DNA from: Octopus vulgaris
Lineage: Eukaryota
Assembly: GCA_951406725.2 (NCBI GenBank)
Contig: OX597820.1
Coordinates: 28,024,001 to 28,088,000, forward strand
Reading direction: 5' to 3'
Length of the DNA stretch: 64,000 nucleotides
Below the pieces are notes generated by a model. It did no database searches, was not told the origin of the DNA, and was given only the letters and a program-made list of their open reading frames with translations. This document shows positions 12,331-25,147 of the stretch, one piece after another (within the stretch, counting starts at the first letter, position 1; every line of letters starts with the position of its first letter). The translations under genes and the position numbers were made by a program.

Positions 12331-14641
12331 ACATTTACATAGCTCGGTTTACTTCTATGTTGGAACGCGGTAGTCTGTGTGTAAGGCATAATTTATTAGG
12401 CATTATAGCCTTGTCTATATTTGTCTTTCATTAGATTCAAGATGGACCACATCACGTCCTAAGCAAATAGTAATCGATCCGGGTGTTATAGTATTTTCTG
12501 CACTAATATTTGATTATTTGGTGATATGCAGCCAGTGGAGTCATAGCAAAGTCAATGTAGATAATATATATACATATATATACGTATGGCTTATTCGTAT
12601 GTTTTATTATAATATTTGTCTGGACTGAATGGCTATAGTATTGGCAGTAACGTATTATGTTGCATAGCAATAAAATTACATACTCGTACATTTTCTACCT
12701 ATTCGACAAATATCTTCTTTCCGGCGAACGTTTTTTCCTCATAATCATATATGTACGTGACAGTAACGCTACCATTGAAAACGACAGCAATTACACCGGC
12801 TTCGAAGATTTTATTTCTTTACATGTATTACAAGAGACAATAAATACGAAGTTGCGACTACATATTCTTTTAAAAATGTTTTTCTTATACCACATGTGTA
12901 TATATATGTATATGTATGTATGTATATGTATATATGTATATGTGCGTGCGTTTGTGTGAGTGTGTGTATGTGAGTATGTACGCAAAATTCTAAGCTTTTT
13001 GAGTCTCATATTATTCGCATATCTCCATCTTTGCATTTATTATCATAGATGTTACTACGTGATTGTGAATTTACTCCTGATCTCAAAGATTAATATTTAA
13101 GGTTTTTTTTTTTTTTTGTAAAAAAGTAAAATAGAAGAAAACATTATCTAGCTAAGTAAAGCTCTGTATGAATTGCTGCTGTCATTTTCACAAATCACTT
13201 CATATTTATATTCACAAAAGTTGGAATAAAAATTGTGAACAGATTTATATAGATTCTTTATACGTCAAAATGTCTGCTATTTTTATGTTTTCTCTGCTGT
13301 CAAAATAGCTGCATCCCTGAAAGTATATAGCAGTTAAAATAAATTATGCAAATAGGGGACATTTAGTTTTTCTAATGTAGACTACTATTAGAAAAAGATG
13401 CTTTGTGTCATTATGTTCGTTCCTATGAGACGATGTGAGGGTCTTTAGAGGATTCCGATTGTGTGAACGTACCTGTTGAATTATTCGTTCACATATTTAC
13501 ATAGTGCTCAAAAAGAAAAGGGAGTTTTCATGAATGAAGGATAGATGTATTCAAACGTTACGTGGGTATTTCAAATAACAAGTAGGCGTTCGTACATGAA
13601 TACGTATACCTACATACCTACATACATGCATACATACATTTCTTTGATGTCGTCGCACATCAAAGTCCAATACTGCCATATTCTACAAATCAACATACTC
13701 ATCTTTATGTATTTTTCACCAGTCAAAACACGCATAATGTTTGTGCGTGCGTGTGTGTGTGTGTTTGTGTGTGTGTGTTTGTGTGTGTACGTTTGTGTGT
13801 GTGTGTGTACTTGAAGATATTTTTATTATTACATCTATGAGTGCTAGAGAAAGGAAAAGTAAGAATGTTCTACTGAAAGAGGTAGCATGGAAGAAGATAG
13901 ACATAGAGTGAAAGGGAGGCAAAGAGAAAGGCATGTAAACAGACACAGAGACGGAGACACACTAGTAAAGAGAACGTGATATAATGTTTTAGGATAGAGG
14001 AGAATTCGAGGAAGACGTATCCTTCGATACGTAACATTGATATAAGTATAAATGCAAATAATGCTGATAAATCGATAGCTTCGTTTCTAGATACACACTC
14101 ATATGCACCTTCACACCAGCACTAACGGTATATCAATAACTATTCATATACATGTGCTTCTGCAGCACGTTGACAGTATCAAGATAACAGAAATGGAATA
14201 AATCTGAATTACATTGGTCACTGCAAGGCATAAGGTTTCAGTAATGCACAAGGGAACATTCGCAGACATACTGTAAAAGACATAGAAATAAGAAAGGAAA
14301 ACAAAACAGCCTAACAAAGACGGTAAAATGAGTAACAACAGCCGTTGATGAAACAGTCGTCTTTCGTAAGTTAGAAAGGGAATTATATAATCAGTCTGGG
14401 AATGTTGGTATTTGAGTATAACTTATATATTTGTATTTGCTTTAAATGTATAACAAAGGATTTATCTATATATTGTATAACGCAATTTCTATATTCTCGA
14501 AATATTGGTTTTATCATGTCTTCTTTTACGGCGTGTCGTCCTCTTCGTCGTTAATGGCGTTTCGAGAACGGTAAGATGGGGAATATAAATATTTATCATA
14601 ACCAACTACAAGGTAAATGACCGTAGGAAAAACGTGACAAA

Positions 14642-14689
14642 AGCATTATTCTATAGCAAAACTTGTCTGTTTTGCTATAGAATAATGCT
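14642..14689. repeat. Perfect hairpin, 21-bp arms, 6-nt loop
   Basis: agcattattctatagcaaaac-ttgtct-gttttgctatagaataatgct. Confidence 0.9.
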
Positions 14690-16426
14690 CCAAATGCGAG
14701 TTGCTGGATTACTTGTGGCTCTACCGTCATAGTCTCCGATCTTTGTTCTCTTACGTATTTTTATTGCTTTCATTCAGAGAGAAACGACCGAACCTGTGGC
14801 CTGTCACGGCGTCAGCGAGATGGATAAGGTCAGAGGAAGGCATTTTCAATCCAAAGACATGTTCCATATACTGTAACAGATTGGTCTTTGCTAAAAACAG
14901 TTACAGTTTTTGATGTCGGTGACGGATTAAGCTTGCTGTCCAAGCAGTTCATCGTGTAGGTTGAAAAATGAACCGAAAGACGAAAATCAAACAACCATAT
15001 GTATCCTATCTGATCTGTTCTGTCAATTCACTGCCTGGATATGTCATTTTTTATTGTAGGAAAGAAAAAAGACGACCTCGATAGCATTTGGTCGCAGAAT
15101 ACAGTGCAACGATTCTGACAGACTTAATATGCATGATGTTGACTGTCATAATACTGTTGATCATGAATAATTCTTTTGTACACAGACACCGTTTTAATAT
15201 TACTTTTCATCAACACTCTTTAGAAAACATCAGTTACGGATTTCTTGAAACTCAGTAATATTTATTCTTCTGGTTGATAACACTGCTAACAATAGTATCA
15301 TTAACGACCAGATTCAGAATCTAAAAATATATTCTTAGGTGTGTTTGCAAAATAAACGATTGAGAAATTTACTACTGCTGAAAGCACACAAGGAATATTC
15401 GGAAGCAATTTGTTCGGAACATTTCCGGAGTTGTTTACCTCGTTTGCCAAACTGTAAAATTGGACATTGACAAATTGTTCGCCTTTTTACTTCTTTCACA
15501 CACGTTAATCTGGAATAGTTATTCAGTGCGGTTGCTTTGGCTATGTAAACAGAAGCTAAACAATTTGCTTTTCTATATAAATGATACTTATTAATTCTAT
15601 TTCGTTACGCTAACGAGTGTACATAATGAATGTCTCTTAATTAGTTCGATACTTACAATAAAGCACTTCGCTAATGCAGTCATACCAGGGCATAAACGTG
15701 TTTTCCCGCACATTCTTATGGATTATATTTTACAAACTAACTCTACGAGGACGGAAAGTTTCCTGGAGACGTCATATGTATGTGACGAAAGATTTCCGGT
15801 CAGTGGATATGAGTTAAAATAAGAACAGTAATAAACAAGTGAAGAACAAATATATAGCAAAAGAGGATGTCAAATCCTGGCAGTGAATTGACTTAACAGC
15901 AACTAGATCACATAAGATACATTTGGTCGTATGGTTTTCATCTTTGAGTTCCTATTTCAAAGAATATGTAGCACGTGTGTTTGTTTGGTTAAAAAAATTA
16001 AAGTAAATATACCGAAATACAACAAAACCTAACTGTAGCTTTCTTGTATAATTTCATTAAATGTCATTTACATCGGTGCTGCATTTCTAATGAGGAAAAA
16101 AATTAAAAGAAATGGCGTAAAGTACAGAATGTATAACAGAATTCATTTTCCTTGACAAAACTAATTTATTTTCAATTTTTTCACACATATATTCGCCCTA
16201 CTTCGTTCACTATGACATACATGTACAAACGAATGTATCTTTCCTATACGTATTAACACTCGGGGGTACACACTAAGACTGAGACACAAATATATATGTA
16301 TATATGTATATATATGTATGTGTGTATGTGTGTGTGTGTATGTATGATTGTAATCTTTTATTCCTTTACATGTTTCAGTAATTTCAATGCAGTCATGATG
16401 GAGCACTGTCTTTTAAAAAGTGTGAG

Positions 16427-16490
16427 ATGCTTACAGCACCTAGGTTTCTTAAGCGGTCACCCATTTAAGAACTCACCAGGCCTCACGTTG

Positions 16491-16494
<4 letters not shown>
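16427..16494 (-). pseudogene. 5S rRNA pseudogene, 3' half
   Basis: Minus strand gcaacgtgaggcctggtgagttcttaaatgggtgaccgcttaagaaacctaggtgctgtaagca aligns with the 3' half of invertebrate 5S rRNA (box C region). It is followed by a short trailer and TTTTT. Confidence 0.8.
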
Positions 16495-16539
<45 letters not shown>

Positions 16540-16642
16540 CATACATATGCATATGTATGTATGGATATACATGTATATATATGTATATATATATATATAT
16601 GTATATATCTATATCTATCTATATATCTAGCTAGCTAGCTAG

Positions 16643-16680
<38 letters not shown>

Positions 16681-16683
<3 letters not shown>

Positions 16684-17560
16684 GTAATCCCATAAGTCCT
16701 GTTCCAATTTTGAATAAAGAAAACAAGTGATCAAACATTATATTTAATTGAAATTTAATCATGAATGTACTTTTCCTGCTTATCTATGACTTCCTTCCAT
16801 CTATTTACTCCTTTGCAATCCCACAAGATAGAGAGAAGAATCTTTTTTCCATGAAGTTCCCTTCTCGGTTGTGGTTGAGCTTTTCCCTTTTTATCAAGCC
16901 ACTATTTACGACGCTTAGCATTTCAATAGAAGATCTATTTTTCGTCACCAGTCACAAGTCTATCCAAAAAGCGTGAAATAAGTTCGCGGCAATGGAGAGA
17001 AAAGCAATTGTCAACTCGGGAATTGCGGTTGCTCTCGGGCAATTCATGAGGCACCCATTTTCCAGGTTTAGGAACCTTTCCAAGTTGTTGAAGATGACGA
17101 TGAACTGTTGTATGGTTTGAACTAAACTTTATTCATCTGATAATGCAGGATTGCATTAATGTTCGATCTTCGACTTCAAGGTTGAAATCTCCACTTCTCA
17201 ATTTTGCAAACCATCTTCTGCAAGTTCTTTCATTCAAGCATTCTTTCCCATAAACTGAATGTATGATTCGAGTCGCTTCGGCTGCAAAGTTTCCTGTTTT
17301 GTACTCATAAAGCATAATGTGTTTTAAATGCTCTTTGGATACTTCCATGTTGGAAAGGGTTTTAATCAAAAAAATTTTAAACTATATTATTTTTAAAATT
17401 AATATTTAATTAGTTTAAATGTAAACAAATACATAAAATTAATATTTAATTAGTTTAAATGTAAACAAATGCATAAAAATAATTTTTAATTCCATTATTC
17501 ATTCTAAAATACTCACTCAATTTTTAAAAAGGTGAAATCGGCCAGAACTTATGGGATAAC

Positions 17561-17563
<3 letters not shown>
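16681..17563 (-). mobile_element. Internally deleted mariner transposon with both TIRs
   Basis: TIRs caggtaatcccataagtcctg / cagaacttatgggataacctg, flanked by TA. ORF 17133-17369 (MEVSKEHLKHIMLYEYK..AAEATR.I..VYG..CLNERTCRRWFAKLRSGDFNLE) is a mariner N-terminal HTH. A 40-bp tandem duplication lies at about 17395-17478. Confidence 0.92.
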
Positions 17564-17604
<41 letters not shown>

Positions 17605-18314
17605 CATACATTCATGTATACACATACACACACACGCACACATATATATATATATACATATACATATATATGACGTTTGTCTACTGTTAATCGACTATGA
17701 CTTTTCAACACCACTACTGAGTACGAAACACTAAAAAACCAACATGACACAAACTCGCAGGCAATATATGGAGCTGGATACTTACAGACTAAAATTACTA
17801 GATGTTTAGAGGTAGTCTACCATGTAGATTATATCTACACAAAGGGACTGGAAACTGTAACCACGTACAACCTGTGCATGGTCGAGTCGTTGGTGACTAA
17901 ACTGACAACACCATGGAGCTCACTTTGTGCGGCGGGTGATTACTGGACGACATGCGGGAAGAAAATAATGCGTCAAAAGGCGGGGGAATAGTCAATGACC
18001 ATCCAACAATGTGTATATATGTATATATTGATTATGTGTTCGTATGTGTGTGTGCACGGTGTATTTTCAAATTTTATATATTCATATTTGTATATAACAG
18101 TTTTATGTTATATTATATATTTCATATTTTATATTCATATTGTTTTATAAAATTCAATTTTATATGTGTGTGTATGTTTGTATTCTATAATCTTTATAGG
18201 ATAAAGATTTTGGGATGCATGCATTTATATCGGAGTGGTTATCTCCTCCTCAGCCAAAGGGTGTCGCGGCGAAAGGACACGAGATAGAGATCTCTCTTAT
18301 GAGCTTCCTATCAT

Positions 18315-18645
18315 CATTTTGGGCAAGTGTCTTCTACTGTAGCCACGGGCCGACCAAAGTCTTGTAAGTGGATTTGGTAGACGGAAACTGAAAGAAGCCC
18401 GTCGTACATATATATGTGTGTGTGTATGTAAGTGTGTCTGTGTTTGACCCTCTCCCAGCATTGCTTGACAACCGATGCTGGTGTGTTTACGTCCCCGTAA
18501 CTTAGCGGTTCGGCAAGAGGGACCAATAGAATAAGTACTAGGCTTACAAACAATAAGTCCCGGTGTCGATTTGCTCGACTAAGGGCGGTGCTCGTGTATG
18601 GCCGCAGCCAAATGACCGACACAAGTAAAAGAGTAAAATAGTAAA
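18315..18645 (+). mobile_element. SINE family B, 5'-truncated
   Basis: tgggcaagtgtcttctact...gacggaaactgaaagaagcccgtcg...cttagcggttcggc...gactaagggcggtgctc...gtaaaagag tail. Confidence 0.85.
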
Positions 18646-18710
18646 AGAGTGTATATATATATAACATGCATCCCAAAGAAGAAGCATGCTGTAAGATGTA
18701 GAATAGTATA

Positions 18711-18860
18711 TATTAAAATTGGGGAAGGCCGGCTTTGGGGATTATCTTAGGTTTCCTGGTACATGAAGGGTTTAGCTTTGGGAACTGACGAAGCACCATA
18801 AAGCTAAACCCTTTATGGACCTAAGGTAATCCCATAAACCGGTCCTCCCCAAACTTAATA
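18711..18860. repeat. Imperfect inverted repeat, ~65-bp arms, ~20-nt loop
   Basis: tattaa..tggggaaggccgg..gggattatcttaggt..catgaagggtttagcttt / aaagctaaaccctttatggacctaaggtaatccc..accggtcctcccca..ttaata. The loop contains CTGACGA. Confidence 0.8.
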
Positions 18861-19306
18861 CACACACACACATATATGCTCGATTTGACTAAATATATGT
18901 GCGTGTGTGTGTGTGTATTGTGTGTGTTCAGGTTTATATGTGTATGTATATATGAATAGATACCATCGCTATGCATGCTTATGCATTATTTATTTACGAC
19001 GTAATCAACTCTATTACCAGCAGAAATGCAGTGAGCTAAACACGTAAATATATATTCTGAAAGTCGGTTATCGTTTGTGACAGCTGTCAAATAATATCTC
19101 GGTGTTTGATTATTATTCCTTTCCCACATGTTGAGTGAATATCAGAGGAACAATTTATGCATGGTTTCAGATAGTTTCGTAAAAAAAAAAAAAGAAAGAA
19201 TTAAAGTTTCTTTTTGTTTTCTCTTCATAAAATCGAGCGGGAACAATTTGTTGCAAATCTACACAAGTTTTCCAGATTGTTAGAATTTATAAAAACGCAC
19301 CTCACA

Positions 19307-19357
<51 letters not shown>

Positions 19358-19479
19358 ACACAAACACACACACACACACATATATACACACACACACACT
19401 CACACACACACACACACATACACACACACACTCTTATATTCGTATTTGTGTGTTTGTATGTGTTTGTTTGTATGTATAC

Positions 19480-19545
<66 letters not shown>

Positions 19546-19706
19546 AAACATAGCAAAAAAGGTAATAAAATAAATTATTATTACCGGTGATCTAGTACAA
19601 AAGACAAATTAGCCATTAGGCTATATGTTATTCATATAGGTATGGTAAGTTTAAAGGGAATACTTGATAAGTGTACGCATCTGTATATGCCAGATAGTGG
19701 CATGTA

Positions 19707-19747
<41 letters not shown>

Positions 19748-20405
19748 TCTGTATGTATGTAAGTTTGTTTGTATGGATGGTTATAAAATAATATGATTTC
19801 TTAAAATAAATTTATTTTTAGCGAAAAGAGTGAATGTCAGTGCATATATATGTATATGTTATCCAGTGGGTGCTTTGTCACATTTGTGTTCTTTTTCAAG
19901 CGGATGTTTTTTTCCTCGCTTCGTCACAGGTATAAATCATTGATTTATTTAATATCCAAAATGGGTAAATGCTGTAAGAAAAGATTAACTTTTTCTTTTA
20001 TGCTGCGTTATTACTCAAATGTACCGTGTATGTATTTTTAAGCGAAAATTTTTCGGGTTGATTGGTTAAACCTACTGAAGGAACTCTCACTTAAGACGGA
20101 AGTTTTTTTTTTAATATTATTTCTTTCGTTGTTCCCTTTTTCTTATTTCTCCATCTCATTTCAATAAATGTATGCATGCATACATGCACACGTATACACG
20201 CACGCTCGCGCGCCCACTCCCGTATGTGAATACACAAGTGGATGGATAAAATGCAAACGTACATAAAAACATCGACGTATGTGTATATGTACAGAAATGC
20301 ACATATATGTATATATATACAAGTATGTATATATGTATATATATACATATGTGTGTATGTATGTGTGTGTGTGCGTGTAAAACTATCTACCTCTCTATCT
20401 TCCTC

Positions 20406-20460
<55 letters not shown>

Positions 20461-20498
20461 TATATATATATATCTATATCTATATCTATCTATCAATT

Positions 20499-20535
<37 letters not shown>

Positions 20536-20764
20536 ACTGCGAAAATAATAGCGTTAGAAAATTCATAAAAATATTCTAGTAGTGGCTAGCATGCGTAATA
20601 AAATCAATAGACAACATATTTTTCATATAAATTACTGCAGCTTTTGGGTGACCTTTCATTGAAATGTTTTTACCTTTCATTCGCTTTGAAATTACCCTTA
20701 CTTCTAGTTTGGGCTTTAGCAAACTAAAGCATGAGGACAAAAATTATAATAGAATAGCTAAAAG

Positions 20765-21165
20765 CATGCTGTGAATAAGCTCACGTAGCAACCACTTTAC
20801 TGCGGGATTAATCTCACTGCGTTGAGTATGTATCTTCTCCTAAATCTTCCAGCCAACCAATGTCTTCGGAATGAACTTGGCGACGGAAATGTTTTGAAAC
20901 CTGATTTATCCCATATATATATATGTATGTATGCATGAATGGATGGATTTATGTATTTGTGTATGTGTGTGTGTGTGTTGGTAATTGTCTCATGCCATCG
21001 CTGGAAAACTGTTGTCGGTTATCATGCATCGTCGTAACATAGCGTTCGACAAAGCCATCCGATAGGACAAGCGGCAGGTTTAAAAAGAACAAGATATGCT
21101 CGGCGAAAACCATTAAAGGCGATGACCCAGCACGGCTTCATTCCAAGGAATAAAAGGAAAATAAA
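20765..21165 (+). mobile_element. Old, diverged SINE family B copy
   Basis: Collinear degenerate matches (tcttctcc..ccaaccaatgtc..gacggaaat..cgtaacatagcgttcg..aaaggcgatgacccagca). Confidence 0.55.
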
Positions 21166-21362
21166 AGCATAATTTTACATGCATATATATGTATGCATAT
21201 CTATACAAAAATCATATACGAAACAATGAAGAGAACTGTCTCTCTGTCTGTCTGTTCGTCTGTCTGTCTGTCTCTCTCACCTTTTAGCTATCTGTCTATC
21301 TGTTTGTCATTCTGCTTATCTGTCTGTCTGTCTGTCTCTGTCTCTCTCTCTCTCTCTCTCTT

Positions 21363-21414
<52 letters not shown>

Positions 21415-21611
21415 CCTATCTATCTATTTGTCTATCACACATATACAAGCAGAGGGAGAAATGATTATATGGACAGGTATTAAATTTACATGTATTAATA
21501 AATATATTTATGACCGGATGCATAAAGCACGTGGACGCGCAAAACAGTCCACACGCGCACGTATATGTATTTATGCATGCACACAAGCAGGCATAAATAT
21601 ATGAATCTATA

Positions 21612-21999
21612 TCTCTCTATATATAAACGGCAGTTTGTCTGTGCGTGTTTCTGTGTGTCTGTTTTCTCGTACCCTCACCCTGACCACGGCTTTCAACCGA
21701 TTCTGATGAAACTTGACACACGCATAGCCCAATGTCATAATTCAAAACTAACGCAGCGAAAATTTTGAAAAGTTCCCCCAGTTCTGAAAAAAATCGATAA
21801 ATTCGACATGGGGTCGAGAATAAAAAAAAACAAACCACAGACTGTCTAGGGGACGCAACTCAACCTTTTTTTACTCTCAAAATAAAATTTACCATCATTT
21901 TTTTTTCCATTTTTTTGCTATTTTTTGGCTATAACTCTCTAAAGATGCTTTATAGTTATTTCCCTTACAAACCTGAGCAACGCCGGGCGATACTGCTAG
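21612..21999 (+). mobile_element. Full-length non-autonomous Helitron-like element
   Basis: a|TCTCTCTATATATAAAC ... CCTGAGCAACGCCGGGCGATACTGCTAG|t: TC start, CTAG end, subterminal hairpin, A|T target, no TSD. Confidence 0.8.
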
Positions 22000-22049
22000 T
22001 TTATATCTATAACTGTATCGATATCGATATCTATATATCTATGCCCTGA

Positions 22050-22510
22050 GTGCATTCTAGATTTGAGACATTTACAGGAGAGACATTTATTAACTTCAAA
22101 GATGTACAAAAGATCCTTCAATGTGAGATCCTCAGACATCAAGACACTTGTAAAGCTTCATGAATGTCCCATCGAAGTCCGCCAAAATGAAACTGTCCAG
22201 GGTACTTTTTACAGCTTCTTTGATCTTGATATTTTTAAAACGAGTGGCAGTGAGGTTCTGTTCGGTTTGGGATACAATCAGAAGTCACAAAGAGAAATGA
22301 CTGGACTATATGTAGGGTGAGTCATTATTTTGCTGCTCTGTCATGTAGATTGCTACCAAAACGGAATTGTAGACTAATGCATTGTCCTGGTACCAACTCT
22401 CCATTCGACGAAATCTCTTCCTTAACTCCTTCAAAGCCTCCACAAAGCACTTTTTGTTAACCGTCAAGCCTCAAGGTGGAGATTTTTGCATCAACTTGTA
22501 TATACTTGAC
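22050..22510 (-). pseudogene. Mariner transposase C-terminal remnant
   Basis: Minus strand encodes TVNKKCFVEALKELRKRFRR, WYQDNALVYNS, a frameshifted YSP..S.CDF-like segment and ..FMKLYKCLDV*GS. Confidence 0.75.
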
Positions 22511-23945
22511 TTACACACAGTCAATCAGTCAACATTACATCCATTACATAATTCCGTGCCAACAGAAACAGGTGTTGGACCCGAAATGGCATTTCATCAC
22601 CCCTTAGGTTTATGTATTTTTTGTATTGTTACAGAGAGGGAGAGAAAGAAAGGAAGATGGATAGATAGATATAATTATAGATATATATGTATATGTTTAT
22701 ACCTATGTGTGCGGGGCAGTTTTAATCCCCTGTTTTCTTTTTTCATAGATGCTTGAATATTATAAAAATATTATTTGATGGATCACTAGATCTCACCATC
22801 TTATTTTGTTATCTTTTTCAGGCTTTTGATACGTGTAGTAACATTTCTATTGTGTCATTATATCCCTGATATTTTAATAAAGATATTACAAGTTTCGTGT
22901 ATTACAAACCATTGGCATTATTTCTAACGCTGTTTTTATTTTCTAATACATCTCGTTTATTAATTTTTGTTTCAGTTAAATATTATCAATTGCTTTCGAG
23001 ACTTCATAAAACACAGAAATAAATAAATCACAATCAGGAAACACGCCATAAAAAAATTAAATAAATACGTAAACATAACAATATCTTAGATGAAGATCAA
23101 ATTGTCGCTCATTTTATAATTTCGACTAATATATAATGCAATAATTTATTTCGCATGGAAATCAGAAAAAAGAAAAATGGCTACCGAGACATTTATATTC
23201 CACCCACAATTTGTTCTCAGACTGTGTAACTGAATGCATTTCATATTACAACGGACTGGAAATTAAAAAAAATAATAAAACACGGCGTCGTAAGGTTTTC
23301 CATATATTTTATGATTTCACATTGTTTTCATTATCTGAACGTAATTAAAATGACAAGCTAGTAGAAAAACTAGTGTGTCGGAAATATCCTTTGTGGTATT
23401 TACACTGGCTCCATACATTCTGATTTCTAATCACGCCGGGTGCATGTTTGCCTTTCATTCCTACCTCTACTCAGATTATAAAGATATAATCAACTCGACC
23501 TTCAAAATATTATGGCGTTTTGCCTAAATAGCAAATCGTTATTTCAGCCTAAAGGTTCTCTACAAACGACAAATTAGTCATTATATAAGTACAGTTAAAT
23601 TTTCTATACAAATGATACTATAACGGTAAAAATGACATATTTCATTTCTCCCTGATTCCTAAGATTTTTATTACGTGGAAAAATAAGGCTCATAAAATGG
23701 ATGGGGAAAGGAGTTCAAGGACTGTTTTGGTACAATGGTTGAAAGTCTGAGGGTTTGACTTCATGGTAGCATTGGACTTCCCTCACCTAAAGATACTTTC
23801 ATCCGATAGTTACACACTAATATATATTTATACTCTTATGTAATTCGAATTCCATCGTAGAAATATTGCCATTTCATGCCAAGATGTAAACACTGTATGT
23901 ATCCGTGTGTGCGTATGTGTGCGTGTGTATGTGTGTATGTGTGTG

Positions 23946-24020
23946 TGGAGATGCTTGACTCAGTGGTTAGGGTGCTGTACTCATAAACTTAAGACTGTAG
24001 CGTCGATTCTTGGACCGGTC
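23946..24020 (+). mobile_element. Isolated degenerate SINE family A tRNA-like head
   Basis: tggagatgcttgactcagtggttagggtg...gtcgattcttggaccgg. Confidence 0.55.
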
Positions 24021-24135
24021 GATAGTCCGAAAGGCATCAAAGAAGAATATATACGTGCCATGCCAGAATCCGGGAAAATAGCTTTAAGAACCTATGGCTC
24101 CGGGACCACGATTTGTGGTTTTTGATATATATACA

Positions 24136-24230
<95 letters not shown>

Positions 24231-24255
24231 CACTCATATATATATGTATGTATAC

Positions 24256-24292
<37 letters not shown>

Positions 24293-24295
24293 TAT

Positions 24296-24344
<49 letters not shown>

Positions 24345-24798
24345 CAACACATACACTCATACATATGCACATATGTATTTACAGTATTTACATAAATACA
24401 CCCAAGCACCCACACATACACACCCGTATATGTATGTATTTCTTTGTATCTTGCAAGAAAAACAAATATATATTAAATTGGGGAGTTACTCAATACATTT
24501 ATCGGAGTAAAAATATTTTGATTCTGAAGCAAGAAAATTTCGACCAGACTAAAGTACATTTGAGTTCATCCTGGGTGTGTATAATCGCTGATAAATTAAT
24601 ATTTTCGAGGATAAATTGAATTCTGTTGAATGATAATTATGTTATATAGTAGTATGCATGTATTTTTGTGTGTTTGTATGGAAAGATATATACATATATT
24701 ATAGAGATAGAGAGAGAGAGAGAGAGAGCGAGAGAGCGAGAGAGAGAGAGAAAGTGAACATGCAATAATATGTATATGTATTTATTTATTTATATGTG

Positions 24799-24880
<82 letters not shown>

Positions 24881-25097
24881 ACACAGTCAAAAATTGTGAA
24901 GCATGACTGTCAACACTACTACATGAACCCGAAGATTGCAGAATTCAATGCATGAAAGTACTAGTTCAATCAGAATGAATATTTAACATTCTACTATTTC
25001 ATTTTATTTTATTCAATTATAATATATTATCTTATAATATATCATTATAAGATTGTAAATAAAACGTGAAAATCAGACAAGGTTGGAATTCTTTTTA

Positions 25098-25147
<50 letters not shown>

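Noticed and set aside
14170-14371. Strong donor GTAAGT at 14366 as the end of a coding exon
   Set aside because: Upstream sequence is interrupted by stops and has no convincing acceptor; cannot be supported as coding.
19055-19095. CTGAAAG...GACAGCTGTC hammerhead-like remnant
   Set aside because: Both core boxes and stem II are too degenerate to support.
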